In this document: positions 18,022-28,100 of the stretch, piece by piece
Numbering within the stretch: position 1 is the stretch's first letter
Layout of the letters: each line of letters starts with the position of its first letter
From: Planctomycetota bacterium
GTDB taxonomy: Bacteria > Planctomycetota > JAJSAM01 > JAJVHW01
DNA: 64,000 nt
Assembly: GCA_965248445.1 (NCBI GenBank)
Contig: CBDFJG010000001.1
Span: forward strand, 384,001 to 448,000
Reading direction: 5' to 3'
Program-made: the position numbers and the translations under genes
Notes under the pieces: model-generated
What the model was told of the DNA's origin: nothing
Databases searched by the model: none
Seen by the model: only the letters and a program-made list of their open reading frames with translations

Positions 18022-21000
18022 CAGCGCTTCCTCAGCCAATCATCGTCGAGCCACCCGGACACGCGCAAGTTGTCGATCTCGCCGCTGGTGTAGGACAGGA
18101 TCACGATCCGCCCGGAGAGATCGCCGTCCGAACCGGGGCGCACCTCCGTCGTGGCCACCCGGCGACCGTCGACGTAGAGCGATGCATCGCGCTCGTGCTT
18201 GACGAAACGCACGCGGTAGGAGCGCCCGGCCTCGAACTGGAACAGGGTCGTGTCCCCGTCCTTCTGCAGAACGTCAGGATTGCGATTGAGGTACGGCGTA
18301 CGGAACCGTTCTCCGAACGCGCGGTCCGGGCGCTCGAGCGAGGTCGCGTGCCAGATGCGGACGCCCCGCCCGCCCTCGCGTACGTCTGCTGCCGAGAGCA
18401 CACCCGCTGCCGTGCCGTGCACCGACACCATCAGGAACAGGGGGGACTCGCTGCGATACAGGAACGAGATCTCGATCCCGCGTTGCGGAACAAACGGATG
18501 CCACACCTCGACGGGGAACGCGCTCGGATGGTGGTCGGGAACACCATCCCACGGCGCCCATGCCAGGTAACGGTCATCGCGCTCGTTCCCGCCGGGCGTA
18601 CCGCCTTCGGGATGGTCGGCGACGAGCAGTTTCCGCGAGTGGATGGCAGTCCGGTCCTGCGCCAGAGACGTGGCACGCTCCGCGTCCGGATCCTCGAAGT
18701 CGATCACCATCTCGGCACGGCCCTCGCCGCCGTCCAGGAGCCGGGCGCCCGGCAGCCGCTCGGCGAATCGCGCGGTGGCGCGCCCACGATCGGCGCGGTC
18801 GCGATCCGCCCCGATCTCCTCTCGCCGCGACCGCACGTAGCGCGTCTCGCGCAGTCTCTCCAGCTTGAGAAGCAGGTCGAGATCGCGGTGAGCGTCGACG
18901 TAGCGCCCGTCGGCGATGGCCTGCAGCGCATCATCGTGTCGGTCCTGCGCGAGCATCTCCGCGTCGGCGATCTCGGTCTGCGCAATCGCGATGAGTTCCC
19001 GGCGGCGCGCCGCGATGCGCGAGACGACCGGCAGCAACTGCGGGTCCTTTCCGGCCCGCTCCACGTACTGCTCGACCTTCGCGAGGCGCTTCTCGATCTT
19101 GCGCGGATCGCGCTCCCGGCGCGGCTCGAGCACAACCAACGCGGCGAAGACGGCCGCACCGGAGGCGTCCGCTCCTGGCAGGCCGGAGTAGTTGATCAAG
19201 TCCACGGGGGAGACATCGCGTAGTGACCCGCTGAACGCGAGTCCCTTGCCGTGCTGGAATTCGAGCCGATCGTCGTCGCGGATCGTCACATCGCGCAGGT
19301 CCTGCAAGCGCATGCTGCCGCCCACCAAGAGCCCGTCGTCCAGCGGTCCGGTGCGCAACCGCCGCACGAGCGCTCCCCAGGCGCGCTCCTCGATCAGATC
19401 GACGAGCCGGATCGCCGCTGCCGCGAACTCCGCTCCGCCGCCGTCGTCTCCGGGACGCCCCTCCAGCAGAGCGGCCAGTTCGACGGCCGTCCCGCGCGCC
19501 CCGCCGTACTCCCGGCGGCCGATCGACGCGAGGTACGTTCGCACGGCAGCGTCGGTCAGGCGGACCGCCTCTGCCGCACTGGCCTCCCGACGGCCGGTCA
19601 GGTCGCGGCGCAACTTGTCCGCCGCCAGCCGCTCCTCGGTCAGCGCGACGCGTCCGAACTCGTCCAGCAGCTGTTCCGCGTCTCCGAGGTGTCCGCGAGC
19701 CGCGAGCCGCGCCGCCTCCGCGCGGACGGACTCCAGGCGTCGCGCGGACGCCGCGACGAGACGTACGTATCGCGCTTCGCGTTCATCGTTGATGGCGCCG
19801 CGACGCGCGCCCTCGGGCGGCAGGCCGGCGAGGCGGGACGCGAGGTCCGCGTCGCCCTCCGCGGCCAGGAAGGCCTGGAAGAGCCGCTCCTCCAGGTCCT
19901 GCAAGTCCGCCTCGCCGAGGTCCTTCGTGCGTACCGCCAGGTCGTAGGCAGCGAAGTGACGGAGCAACTGCGTCCGCGAATCCGTGAACTGGTCCCGCAT
20001 CGAATCGAGCCGGTCCGCCAGCGGCGACTCCCGCCCCGCGCCGTAAAGGACGCGGCGCATCTCGTCCGCGGCGGTCGAGAGATACGAAGGCGCCTCGTCG
20101 AGGGACAGCTTTGCCACCAACTCGACCGTGCCGCCGAGCATCGTCTCGGCACATGTGTCCCGGCGTCCGCGCGCAACCGTCAGCAGTTTGACGAGGCGGC
20201 CCGCGGCAACGCTCGCGTCCGCGTCCTCGTTGAGACGGGTGCGCTCCGCGCCGAGGTCGTCGAGCAGTGCGGGCCAGGCCGACGGCTCGACGTCGTCCGC
20301 GCGCAGACTCAGTTCCTGAACGCGCAGGATCGCGCCCTCCTGGCGCCGCCACCCGGAGAGTTCGATGAGCGCGGTGTCCGCGGCGGTTGTGCCGGGGTGC
20401 TCCGAACGCACCTCCGTGAGCCCCGCAATCATGGCCGCCACCGTGTCGCCGGACCATGTGTCCGGCGTCCCCGGGCGCACCAGCACCGCGTCCAGGTCCC
20501 CCCGCGCGCGGAGTTCGCGGTCCGCGTGCTCCCGCGTCTCCTGCCAGTTAACGAACCACGCCGCGCCGCCGGCGACGAGCACGGCGCCGGCAAGCGACCA
20601 CCCCACGACACGGCGGCGGCGGCGAGATGTGACGAACCGCTCGATGTCGCCTTCGAATCCCGCCGGGACCGTGAGCTTCCCGCGGGTCAGCGCATCGACG
20701 TCGCGCAGCAGCGCGGTGGGGTCCGGATAGCGGTGACGGCGGTCCTTCGCCATCATCCGCTGCACGATGTAGACGATCTCTTCCGGCGTCCCGGGGGCGG
20801 CCTCGTCCAGCGGGACCGGACGCTCGTAGAGCACCTTGGTGAGCGTCGCCGCGAGCGTGTCCGCCTGGAACGGCGGGCGGCCCGCGAGCATGGCGTAGAG
20901 AGTCGCGCCCAGGGAGTAGATGTCGCTGCGGATGTCTGCGTCGCGCGGGTTGCGCGCTTGCTCCGGCGAGATGTACTGCGGCGTTCCGAGCGTCGCATCC

Positions 21001-21698
21001 AGTTGCGTCAACGCATCGTCGCTCTCGCCCTTGGCGAGTCCGTAGTCGGTCAGGCACGGCTCGCCTTCCTTCGTCAGCAGGATGTTGCCCGGCTTGATGT
21101 CGCGATGCACCACGCCGTGTTCGTGCGCGTGACACAGCGCGTCCGTCAGCTTCCGCACGAGGTCGATCGCGTCGTCGGGTGGGAGCGGGCCGGACTCGCG
21201 GATCCTCTGTTGCAGCGTCTGGCCGTCGGCCAGATCCATCACGAACCAGATCAGCCCGTCGGTCTCGCCCGAGTCGAGGCCCTTCACGATGTTCGTGTGA
21301 TCGAGGCGCCCCACGAGCGCTGCCTCACGCTGCAGTCGCTCCACCTGTCGCGGGTCGTCCGTCAGATCGCGACGGAGGATCTTGATCGCGACATGTCGTT
21401 TCATCCCCCGCTGGTGCGCCCGGTAGACCGACCCCATGGCGCCGCTGCCGATGCGGGCCTCGAGCGTGTAGCCCGGGATCGGCTCGCGGCCGGAGCGCAG
21501 CCCCGCCGACCGGGCCACCAGGGCCGCGTCGCCCTCGCGCAGCACGCCCCGCTTGACCAGCACATTGCGGAGGGAGTCGCCGACCCCCATCTCGTCCATG
21601 CGTGCCTGGACCCCGAGACTCTCCTGCACGTCGGCCTCGGTCAGGTAGCCGGCCTTTACCGCGTGCTCCGCAAAGAGGAGGTCATCGTTCGCCGCCAT
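18021..21698 (-). CDS. Membrane Hanks-type Ser/Thr protein kinase with a large helical C-terminal region
   Basis: GSGAMG, VAIK, HRDIKPGN, TDYGLAK and GTPQYISPEQ motifs; TM helix after an RRRRR stretch. Confidence 0.92.
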   Translation of the reverse strand: MAANDDLLFAEHAVKAGYLTEADVQESLGVQARMDEMGVGDSLRNVLVKRGVLREGDAALVARSAGLRSGREPIPGYTLEARIGSGAMGSVYRAHQRGMKRHVAIKILRRDLTDDPRQVERLQREAALVGRLDHTNIVKGLDSGETDGLIWFVMDLADGQTLQQRIRESGPLPPDDAIDLVRKLTDALCHAHEHGVVHRDIKPGNILLTKEGEPCLTDYGLAKGESDDALTQLDATLGTPQYISPEQARNPRDADIRSDIYSLGATLYAMLAGRPPFQADTLAATLTKVLYERPVPLDEAAPGTPEEIVYIVQRMMAKDRRHRYPDPTALLRDVDALTRGKLTVPAGFEGDIERFVTSRRRRRVVGWSLAGAVLVAGGAAWFVNWQETREHADRELRARGDLDAVLVRPGTPDTWSGDTVAAMIAGLTEVRSEHPGTTAADTALIELSGWRRQEGAILRVQELSLRADDVEPSAWPALLDDLGAERTRLNEDADASVAAGRLVKLLTVARGRRDTCAETMLGGTVELVAKLSLDEAPSYLSTAADEMRRVLYGAGRESPLADRLDSMRDQFTDSRTQLLRHFAAYDLAVRTKDLGEADLQDLEERLFQAFLAAEGDADLASRLAGLPPEGARRGAINDEREARYVRLVAASARRLESVRAEAARLAARGHLGDAEQLLDEFGRVALTEERLAADKLRRDLTGRREASAAEAVRLTDAAVRTYLASIGRREYGGARGTAVELAALLEGRPGDDGGGAEFAAAAIRLVDLIEERAWGALVRRLRTGPLDDGLLVGGSMRLQDLRDVTIRDDDRLEFQHGKGLAFSGSLRDVSPVDLINYSGLPGADASGAAVFAALVVLEPRRERDPRKIEKRLAKVEQYVERAGKDPQLLPVVSRIAARRRELIAIAQTEIADAEMLAQDRHDDALQAIADGRYVDAHRDLDLLLKLERLRETRYVRSRREEIGADRDRADRGRATARFAERLPGARLLDGGEGRAEMVIDFEDPDAERATSLAQDRTAIHSRKLLVADHPEGGTPGGNERDDRYLAWAPWDGVPDHHPSAFPVEVWHPFVPQRGIEISFLYRSESPLFLMVSVHGTAAGVLSAADVREGGRGVRIWHATSLERPDRAFGERFRTPYLNRNPDVLQKDGDTTLFQFEAGRSYRVRFVKHERDASLYVDGRRVATTEVRPGSDGDLSGRIVILSYTSGEIDNLRVSGWLDDDWLRKR

Positions 21699-21758
21699 CT
21701 CCCAGATGATACGGCGCGCCGGTCATCTCGGTTCCCGGCAGCAGGAGGAGCGAGCGGC

Positions 21759-22253
21759 GTGGATCCCCTGGGCGATCTCCCGATGGTGGCGAGGCTGACG
21801 GTCCGGCTCCTGGCCGACGGGCACGTACTCGAGGACGTCGGCAGGGTGATGCGGCTGGGGCCTGTCGCAATCGAGAGAGCCCTCCGGTCGGCACTGCGCC
21901 TCCGTGGACTTCCCAGCCCGACCCGCTCTCTGGGGCTCGCCGAGCTGCTGCGCGCCGCTGAGCCGCTCTGCCGGGAGGCGGCTCGGGCCGAGGGGCAGCC
22001 GGCTACCGCCTGCCCGCCGCACGATGTGATCGGCGCGGCATGGCGCGGCGAGCTGGACGGTCCACTCCTCCTGGCGACAGCCGAGCACCTGGCCGATTGC
22101 GGCCCGTGCCGCCGCCTGGCGCCCACGCCGGTGCCGAAGGCGGACAGCACGGGCGCCGAGCGCTCGGGTTGCCTGAGTGTCCTCCTCGCGGTGGCTTGCC
22201 TCGCTGGCGGAGTGCTAGTCGCCGGGCTGTGGTGGGGAGATCTCGGCCAGTGA
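21759..22253 (+). CDS. Hypothetical protein: sigma region-4-like N-terminus, HxxxCxxC zinc finger, C-terminal TM helix
   Basis: AGGAGG RBS then GTG; EHLADCGPCR; hydrophobic C-terminus; 39-bp 3' overlap with the convergent gene. Confidence 0.55.
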   Translation: MDPLGDLPMVARLTVRLLADGHVLEDVGRVMRLGPVAIERALRSALRLRGLPSPTRSLGLAELLRAAEPLCREAARAEGQPATACPPHDVIGAAWRGELDGPLLLATAEHLADCGPCRRLAPTPVPKADSTGAERSGCLSVLLAVACLAGGVLVAGLWWGDLGQ

Positions 22254-22901
22254 CGCCAGCGCGGCCTGGACGAGTTCGGACGGCAGCAAGTCCCCCGCTG
22301 CAGACAGCGCGGCCCGGACGTCCTCCTCCGTCGCGCCGCACGCCACTGCACCCCGAACGTGGCCGCGCAGCTGGTTGGGCAACTGCAACGCGGTGAGCAG
22401 CACGACGGCGAGACACTCCCGCGTCGCAGCGGAGAGCCCGGGGCGAGACAACACGCGGCCGTAGGCGCTCTCGAGCACCCAGCCCGGCACGTCGGGATCG
22501 AGGGTGCGTATCCGGTCGAGGACGCGGTCCGCAGCAGCGCCGTAGACGCGGTCGAAGAACGCGCGGCCGCGAGCGCGAAACTGCGGCCCGTCGCCCTTCT
22601 CGGGCTCCGCCGGTCCTGTGTCGGGCTCCGCCGGGGCGACCACCCCCGCACGAGCGCACGCGACGGCGAACGCCTCGAGAGCGTCCAGGGCACGCGGGAA
22701 GCCCCCGAACGGTGCCAGCATGAGAAGCGCCTCCCGCATCCGGCTGAGCGGGACCCCGTCCCCGATCGCAGCCTCGAGGGCGAGGGCGAGCGCAGCGCCG
22801 GACCCCACAGCCGCCGCGGCCACCACCTCGGCGAGCCGTGGCAGCCATGGGAGATCCGCCTCCCGCTCCCGTGGTTCGTCCGGCCGGCCGTCTGGGCTCA
22901 T
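22215..22901 (-). CDS. Carboxymuconolactone decarboxylase (CMD/AhpD-like) family protein
   Basis: AYGRVLSRPGLSAATREC..QLRGHVRGA..GATEE and PFGGFPRA motifs. Confidence 0.8.
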   Translation of the reverse strand: MSPDGRPDEPREREADLPWLPRLAEVVAAAAVGSGAALALALEAAIGDGVPLSRMREALLMLAPFGGFPRALDALEAFAVACARAGVVAPAEPDTGPAEPEKGDGPQFRARGRAFFDRVYGAAADRVLDRIRTLDPDVPGWVLESAYGRVLSRPGLSAATRECLAVVLLTALQLPNQLRGHVRGAVACGATEEDVRAALSAAGDLLPSELVQAALASLAEISPPQPGD

Positions 22902-23047
22902 CGACGACCACGGTACCGGGGCCGAGGTCCGCCTCAAGCCCGCTGCCTGGACCGACCGATACGAGCCTGGTGGCCGTGCGCACGCTGCGCACGCGTCGTC
23001 GCCGTGGTGAGCCCGAGATGGGCGTTCACTGTGGAGGAGGAACTGAG

Positions 23048-26000
23048 ATGACGGCTCTGCGCGGGAACCTGAACTCGGTCGATCTCGCGAACGTGTTCCA
23101 GATGCTGTCGATCAACCAGAGCGAGGGCACGCTCTACATCCACTCCCCCGAAGGCCGCAAGGCGATGCACTTCGGGCCGGACGGAGTCTCCGTCCTCGCC
23201 CGCGGGCCGTCCCAGCAGGACGCGCTCGGCCGCATCCTGATCCGCCAGGACTGGCTCACCCCCGGCCAGCTCCAGGCCGCGTTGCAGCGCCAGGAAGAAG
23301 GCAGCGGCCGGCTGCTCGGCCAGGTACTCGTCGAGCAGGGTGCGTGCACACGCGAGCAGGTAGAAGACGCGCTGCGCATCCAGATCGAGGAGGAGATCTA
23401 CGCTCTCTTCCTGACCGAGGGCGCGCAGTTCGAGTTCGATGCGGGCGACCCGCCGGCCGAACTGCTGGACCAGCCCGACATCAAGAGCGTCACGTTCAAC
23501 GTGAACAGCTTGATCATGGAAGCCGCTCAGCGCATCGACGAGTGGGAGTGGGTGCGCACCGTCGTGCCCAGTGCGCGCGTGATCTTCCGCTACTCCGGGA
23601 AGAACGTCTCGCTCGACGACCCGATCTTCCAGGACGCGCGCGCCGGCAAGGTGCTCGCGTCGGTGGACGGACGGCGCAACATCGACGAGATCATCGAAGA
23701 GTCGTTCGTCAGCCGCTTCGACGTCTGCAAGATCACTGCGCTGCTCGTCGAAGCGGGCGCACTCGAAACGGTCCCGGTCGCCGAGCTCCGCGAGGCCGCG
23801 GGAGAAGCGCTCGCAGCGGGAGACACAGACGCCGCGACGAAGTTCCTCTCGCAGGTCATCGAGGGTCATGGCGACACGCCGGACACGCACCGGCAGCTGG
23901 CCGAGGTGCTCGAGAGCGAGAGAGAGTTCGCGCGGTCCGCGTTCCACTACCGCGTCTGCGCGGAGGTGCGCGTCGACAACGGCGACGCCAAGTCCGCGTT
24001 CGAGATCTACGAGCGCATTCACGAGTTCCTGCCGACCGACCTCTCGGCGGCGGACCGGATGATCGAGATCTACGCGATGAACCCGGACGGCCGGGAGTCG
24101 CGTGCGCCGGAGATGATCCGGCTGGGCACCGAGCTGGCGGAGATCTACACCGACCTCGCCCGCCCGAGCCGCGCGATCCAGGTCCTGCACCGCGTCGTGT
24201 CCCTCAAGCCCGACGATGAGGCGCTGCGTCAGCGGCTCATCGACGTCTACATGGCCACGGGCATGACCGGCGAGGCGATCGCGGAGTACGAAGCGATCGC
24301 CGAGACCGCACTCGCGACCGGCAACGACAAGCACGCCGAAGCGGTGTTCCGCAAGGTGCTGTCGATCGACCGCGGACGGGACGACATCAACGGGCGCCTC
24401 AACAGGATCCTGCTGAAGCGCACGCGCGCCAAGCGGTCGAAGCGGCGCGCGCTGCTGGTCATCCTGCTCATCGTGCTCGGCGTGACCGCGAGCGCCGGTG
24501 CCTGGCACTTCTGGACGATCTACAGCACCAAACGCACGCAGCAGAGCGTGCAGGCCACGTCGCAGCTCGCGAAGGTCGGAGAGCAGTACGCAGCCACGTT
24601 CGATGAACTGCGTGGCGAGGTCGCCAAGCTGGCGGCGCGACTGGGCGATCCGCCAGCGCTGCTCGAGCTGCGTCAGCAGCGGAGCGGCGAGTGGACGGAG
24701 CTGGTCACGCGCGCAAATCAGGCCGCGCAGGCGTACCTGTCGGTCGCCGAGGAGTTCCCCGGCACCGAGGCGGGCGAGCACGCACTCACCGAGGCGGAGG
24801 CACTGCGCAGCCACCTCGAGGGCGTCAAGGGCCTGGAAGCCGACGCGGAGGAACTGCTGACCGCACGGGCCAAGCAACTGCTCATGGACGCCGAACGACT
24901 CGATCGCGAGACGACGCCCACGCCTGCCCTGCTCGAGGCGTTCGAGGCCGCCCGCGCATACGCCGAGCACTGCCCTGCCTTCATCGCCACCGAGCGCGGG
25001 CAGCGTCTCATGGACTGGGAGAAGGACCTCCGCCACAACCTGGCGGCGTTCGAAAGCGCGAAGGAGACCGTCGAGGACCTGATGGCAGGCGGCGATGCCG
25101 ACGGCGCGTTCCAGCGCGCCATGACCTACCTGTCGAACTACCCGCCGATGGACCTGGCAGCCCAGGTCGGCATCCCCGTGAACGTGACGACGCTGCCTGC
25201 AGGGGCCAAGGTGCTCATCAACGGCGAGGAGCGCGGCTTCACGAACGGCTGGGTGCTGATCTCGCCCCGCGCAGACTCCAAGATCGAACTGAAGCGCTCG
25301 GGCTACGAGACCTTCGAGATCCAGCGCGACGCAATCACCGAGCCGAACCCAAGAGAACTGCGCAAGCTGATCGATAGGGAGATCACGGCGACGCTCCAGA
25401 AGAGCGTCGCGTTCCAGTCCGCACCCATCGGGGCGGAGCTGACGTCGGTGACCGTCATCGGCAACCGCGTGATCGTCGGGACGCGCGGGGACAAGCAGGA
25501 GATGATCCGCGTTCCGGGCGGTCAGTTCGAGTGGGCGCTCCGGACACCGAACCCCGGCGGCGTCGTCGCACGTCCTGCAGTGAGCGGGAGCGTCGTGGCG
25601 ATCCCGGGCGTCGACGGCGTCGTGTACTTCTTCGACGTCGACTCTCGCGATCCGCTCGGCTCCGTGAAGGTCGAGGGGCAGATCTGGAGCGATCCGGTCC
25701 TCGCGAGCGGACGCCTGGTAGTCGCTGATCTGTCCGGGCGCGTGACCGGCATCGACATGGCGAGCCGCGAGGTGGCGTGGCGCTATCCCGCCGACGGCGC
25801 GGCGCCTGTCGGGGCGGGGTTCCGCGCAAGTCTCGTCGCGGTCGCGGACCACGTGTTCGCGGCAACGGTCGACGGCGAGGTACATGTCATCGACGCGCGC
25901 AGCGGGCGCCGCACCGAGCGCATCGATCTGGACCCGAAGGACGACGCGGGTGCGGTGCAGGGCATCGCCGTGACGTCTTCTCAGATCATCGCGGTGACGG

Positions 26001-26416
26001 ACCGCGGCAACTTGGTTCGCGCAGAGCGCGGTACGGGACGTGACCTCGGCCGAGTGAGCCTCTCGATCGCGCCTCGTGGCGGACCGCTGCTACAGGGCGA
26101 GACGGTGTTCGTCGTCGGCCGCTCCGGCCGCGTACGGGCCATCTCGCTGGCGACCGGCGCGGTCCAGGCGTCCCGGGATCTGGGCGCCGACGTGCGCGCG
26201 TCCGCGGCGATCCTGAACGGGCTGGTCGTGATCGGCGACGCCGCCGGTCGGCTGACGGCCCTGCAGTGCGCCGGCAACCAGATCGAGCAGGTCTGGCAGT
26301 ACAGCGTCCCGAGCCGGACCGGTGCGGCGATCGGGATCGTCACGACGCCCGTGCTCCACGGGGATCGGATCGTCTTCGGGGCGGCGGATCGCCGCGTCCA
26401 CGCGATCTCGAGGTAG
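23048..26416 (+). CDS. DUF4388/PATAN-like + TPR + TM + PEGA-like + PQQ/BamB-like beta-propeller protein
   Basis: ALRGNLNSVDLANVFQML; helical repeats; TM ALLVILLIVLGV; VTTLPAGAKVLING; propeller repeats; GGAGGA RBS. Confidence 0.8.
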   Translation: MTALRGNLNSVDLANVFQMLSINQSEGTLYIHSPEGRKAMHFGPDGVSVLARGPSQQDALGRILIRQDWLTPGQLQAALQRQEEGSGRLLGQVLVEQGACTREQVEDALRIQIEEEIYALFLTEGAQFEFDAGDPPAELLDQPDIKSVTFNVNSLIMEAAQRIDEWEWVRTVVPSARVIFRYSGKNVSLDDPIFQDARAGKVLASVDGRRNIDEIIEESFVSRFDVCKITALLVEAGALETVPVAELREAAGEALAAGDTDAATKFLSQVIEGHGDTPDTHRQLAEVLESEREFARSAFHYRVCAEVRVDNGDAKSAFEIYERIHEFLPTDLSAADRMIEIYAMNPDGRESRAPEMIRLGTELAEIYTDLARPSRAIQVLHRVVSLKPDDEALRQRLIDVYMATGMTGEAIAEYEAIAETALATGNDKHAEAVFRKVLSIDRGRDDINGRLNRILLKRTRAKRSKRRALLVILLIVLGVTASAGAWHFWTIYSTKRTQQSVQATSQLAKVGEQYAATFDELRGEVAKLAARLGDPPALLELRQQRSGEWTELVTRANQAAQAYLSVAEEFPGTEAGEHALTEAEALRSHLEGVKGLEADAEELLTARAKQLLMDAERLDRETTPTPALLEAFEAARAYAEHCPAFIATERGQRLMDWEKDLRHNLAAFESAKETVEDLMAGGDADGAFQRAMTYLSNYPPMDLAAQVGIPVNVTTLPAGAKVLINGEERGFTNGWVLISPRADSKIELKRSGYETFEIQRDAITEPNPRELRKLIDREITATLQKSVAFQSAPIGAELTSVTVIGNRVIVGTRGDKQEMIRVPGGQFEWALRTPNPGGVVARPAVSGSVVAIPGVDGVVYFFDVDSRDPLGSVKVEGQIWSDPVLASGRLVVADLSGRVTGIDMASREVAWRYPADGAAPVGAGFRASLVAVADHVFAATVDGEVHVIDARSGRRTERIDLDPKDDAGAVQGIAVTSSQIIAVTDRGNLVRAERGTGRDLGRVSLSIAPRGGPLLQGETVFVVGRSGRVRAISLATGAVQASRDLGADVRASAAILNGLVVIGDAAGRLTALQCAGNQIEQVWQYSVPSRTGAAIGIVTTPVLHGDRIVFGAADRRVHAISR

Positions 26417-26581
26417 CCACGCTCTCGGCTCCGAAGGCAACCGGGGCCGAGCCTCGGGCGGGAGCCTGCGTGCTCCGAGCCTGGATCGAGCCTGGCACCG
26501 TTCTCGCGGCACTCTCAAGTGAACCGAGGCGGAATCCCGATGGATGAGCGTCCCGGATGTCGGGAAAGGAGGCGGGCTGCC

Positions 26582-27736
26582 GTGAACTTGCTCGAACGCA
26601 TCAAGAGAGCGCGACAGATCCATACGCTGCGGCGTGCGGTCAAGCGCTCCCCCTCCCCCAAGACGTTCGGGACCCTGGCGGAGCGGTTCCTGGCACTCGG
26701 CGAGCCCGAGCGCGCCCTGACCGTCGCGCAGGAGGGCCTGAGCCACTTCCCGGACTCCGAGCGGCTGTTGCACGTCCGCCTGTTCGTGAAGAAGAAGTCG
26801 CTCGCAGACGACATCCGGAAGCTGCGCCGCGACATCGCGCGCCGCCCGAGCCCGCTCTCGTACACGCAGCTCGCGCAGATCTACCGCGAGCTGGGTAACG
26901 AGGACGAGGCGCTCGAGATGGCGCACGAGTGCGCGGAGCGCTTCCCGCTGAACGAGAACCCGTACCTGATCCAGGCCGAGATCCGTCTGAGCCGCTTCCT
27001 CCGCGACCTGGTCGCCAAGGACGCGGTTCTCGCGGAGCAGGCGCTCCGCAAGGTCGTGCGGCTCAACCCGCACCACGTCGGCGCGCACCTCCTGCTCGCG
27101 CAGGTCTACTACCTGGTCGGCGGCGCCGGCGAGACCCGCCGGCAGCTGCGCGCCGTGCTCACGACGATGCCCACCGCGAAGGAGGTTCAGACCTTCTTAC
27201 AGCGTCTGCACGTCACGGAGTCGGACCCCTCGGACACCACGCCGTTCGAGGAACTCGCCCGTGCCGTCGAGCAAGAGGGCGCGTTCGCAGCGGCGCCGGA
27301 CTCCTTCCCCACTCTGCACCCGCAAGCGCCTTCGGTGCCCTCCCAGTCGGACGCACGCCTCGACATGGAGAACCTGATGCAGGACGTCGCGCGCCTCGGC
27401 CGCGAGCCCGGCGTGCGCAACTCAATCCTGCTCGACCGTGACGGAGAGATCTTGGCGGACTTCTCCGACGCAATCGCCCTGTCGCGCCGTCAGTTCGCGG
27501 AGCTCATCCGCAGCATCCGCGAGGTGGCAGATGACGCCAGCAAGCGAATGGACGCGGGCGCGCTCGTGCGCGCCGAGATCGAGGGTCCGGGCGGCAGCAT
27601 CACAGTGGTGCGCGTTCGCTCACTGACCATTGCGCTCCTCTTCGGTGATCCCATGCGACCTGATCGCGCTTGGGAGCTGCTGCAGGGGTTCATCGCGCGG
27701 CATCTGAGGACCGGCAAGGAGACGATCCATGCGTAA
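26582..27736 (+). CDS. TPR protein with a C-terminal roadblock/LC7-like domain
   Basis: TPR-like helices; PGVRNSILLDRDGEIL..AEIEGPGGSITV roadblock pattern; AAGGAGG RBS before GTG. Confidence 0.75.
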   Translation: MNLLERIKRARQIHTLRRAVKRSPSPKTFGTLAERFLALGEPERALTVAQEGLSHFPDSERLLHVRLFVKKKSLADDIRKLRRDIARRPSPLSYTQLAQIYRELGNEDEALEMAHECAERFPLNENPYLIQAEIRLSRFLRDLVAKDAVLAEQALRKVVRLNPHHVGAHLLLAQVYYLVGGAGETRRQLRAVLTTMPTAKEVQTFLQRLHVTESDPSDTTPFEELARAVEQEGAFAAAPDSFPTLHPQAPSVPSQSDARLDMENLMQDVARLGREPGVRNSILLDRDGEILADFSDAIALSRRQFAELIRSIREVADDASKRMDAGALVRAEIEGPGGSITVVRVRSLTIALLFGDPMRPDRAWELLQGFIARHLRTGKETIHA

Positions 27737-28082
27737 CATCCTCAAGCGCCTCAACGACGTCCCGGGAGTGAAGGGCAGCCTTGTCGTCACGAAGGACGGC
27801 ATGGTGATCGCCGCACACGTCACCCGGAACCTCGAGGAAGACCTCGTGGCCGCCATGGCCGCGGGAGTCATCCAACAGACGCGTCGCGCACTCGAGAAGT
27901 ACGGGCAGCGGCACTTCGTTCGCTTCACGCTCGTCGCGAGTCACGGGAAGCTCATTCTCACGGACGCTGGTCCGGCGTACCTCGTTGCGCTGATGGACCG
28001 GAACGTGGAACTGGGACCGGTCGAGATCGAGATCGAGTCGGCCGCCATGCGGATCCGCAATCAGGGAGAGATCCGCATCTAG
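27729..28082 (+). CDS. Roadblock/LC7 domain protein (MglB/MglC-like)
   Basis: VPGVKGSLVVTKDGMVIAA motif, 117 aa. Confidence 0.88.
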   Translation: MRNILKRLNDVPGVKGSLVVTKDGMVIAAHVTRNLEEDLVAAMAAGVIQQTRRALEKYGQRHFVRFTLVASHGKLILTDAGPAYLVALMDRNVELGPVEIEIESAAMRIRNQGEIRI

Positions 28083-28100
28083 CGGTTCGGAGACAAAGAC

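Noticed and set aside
19251..21750. Long plus-strand ORF (19251-22253) antisense to the kinase, and similar long shadow ORFs such as 22934-25885, 13749-15866, 33923-35926 and 56679-58490
   Set aside because: Typical stop-poor antisense frames of high-GC genes with no protein motifs; only the 3' parts at 21759-22253 and 58494-58730 look genuine.
26417..26581. Four GAGCCT copies and a hairpin (26424-26451) between the propeller gene and the TPR gene
   Set aside because: Irregular spacing (13, 15 and 11 nt) and short length in GC-rich DNA; not a CRISPR array and not a convincing operator.
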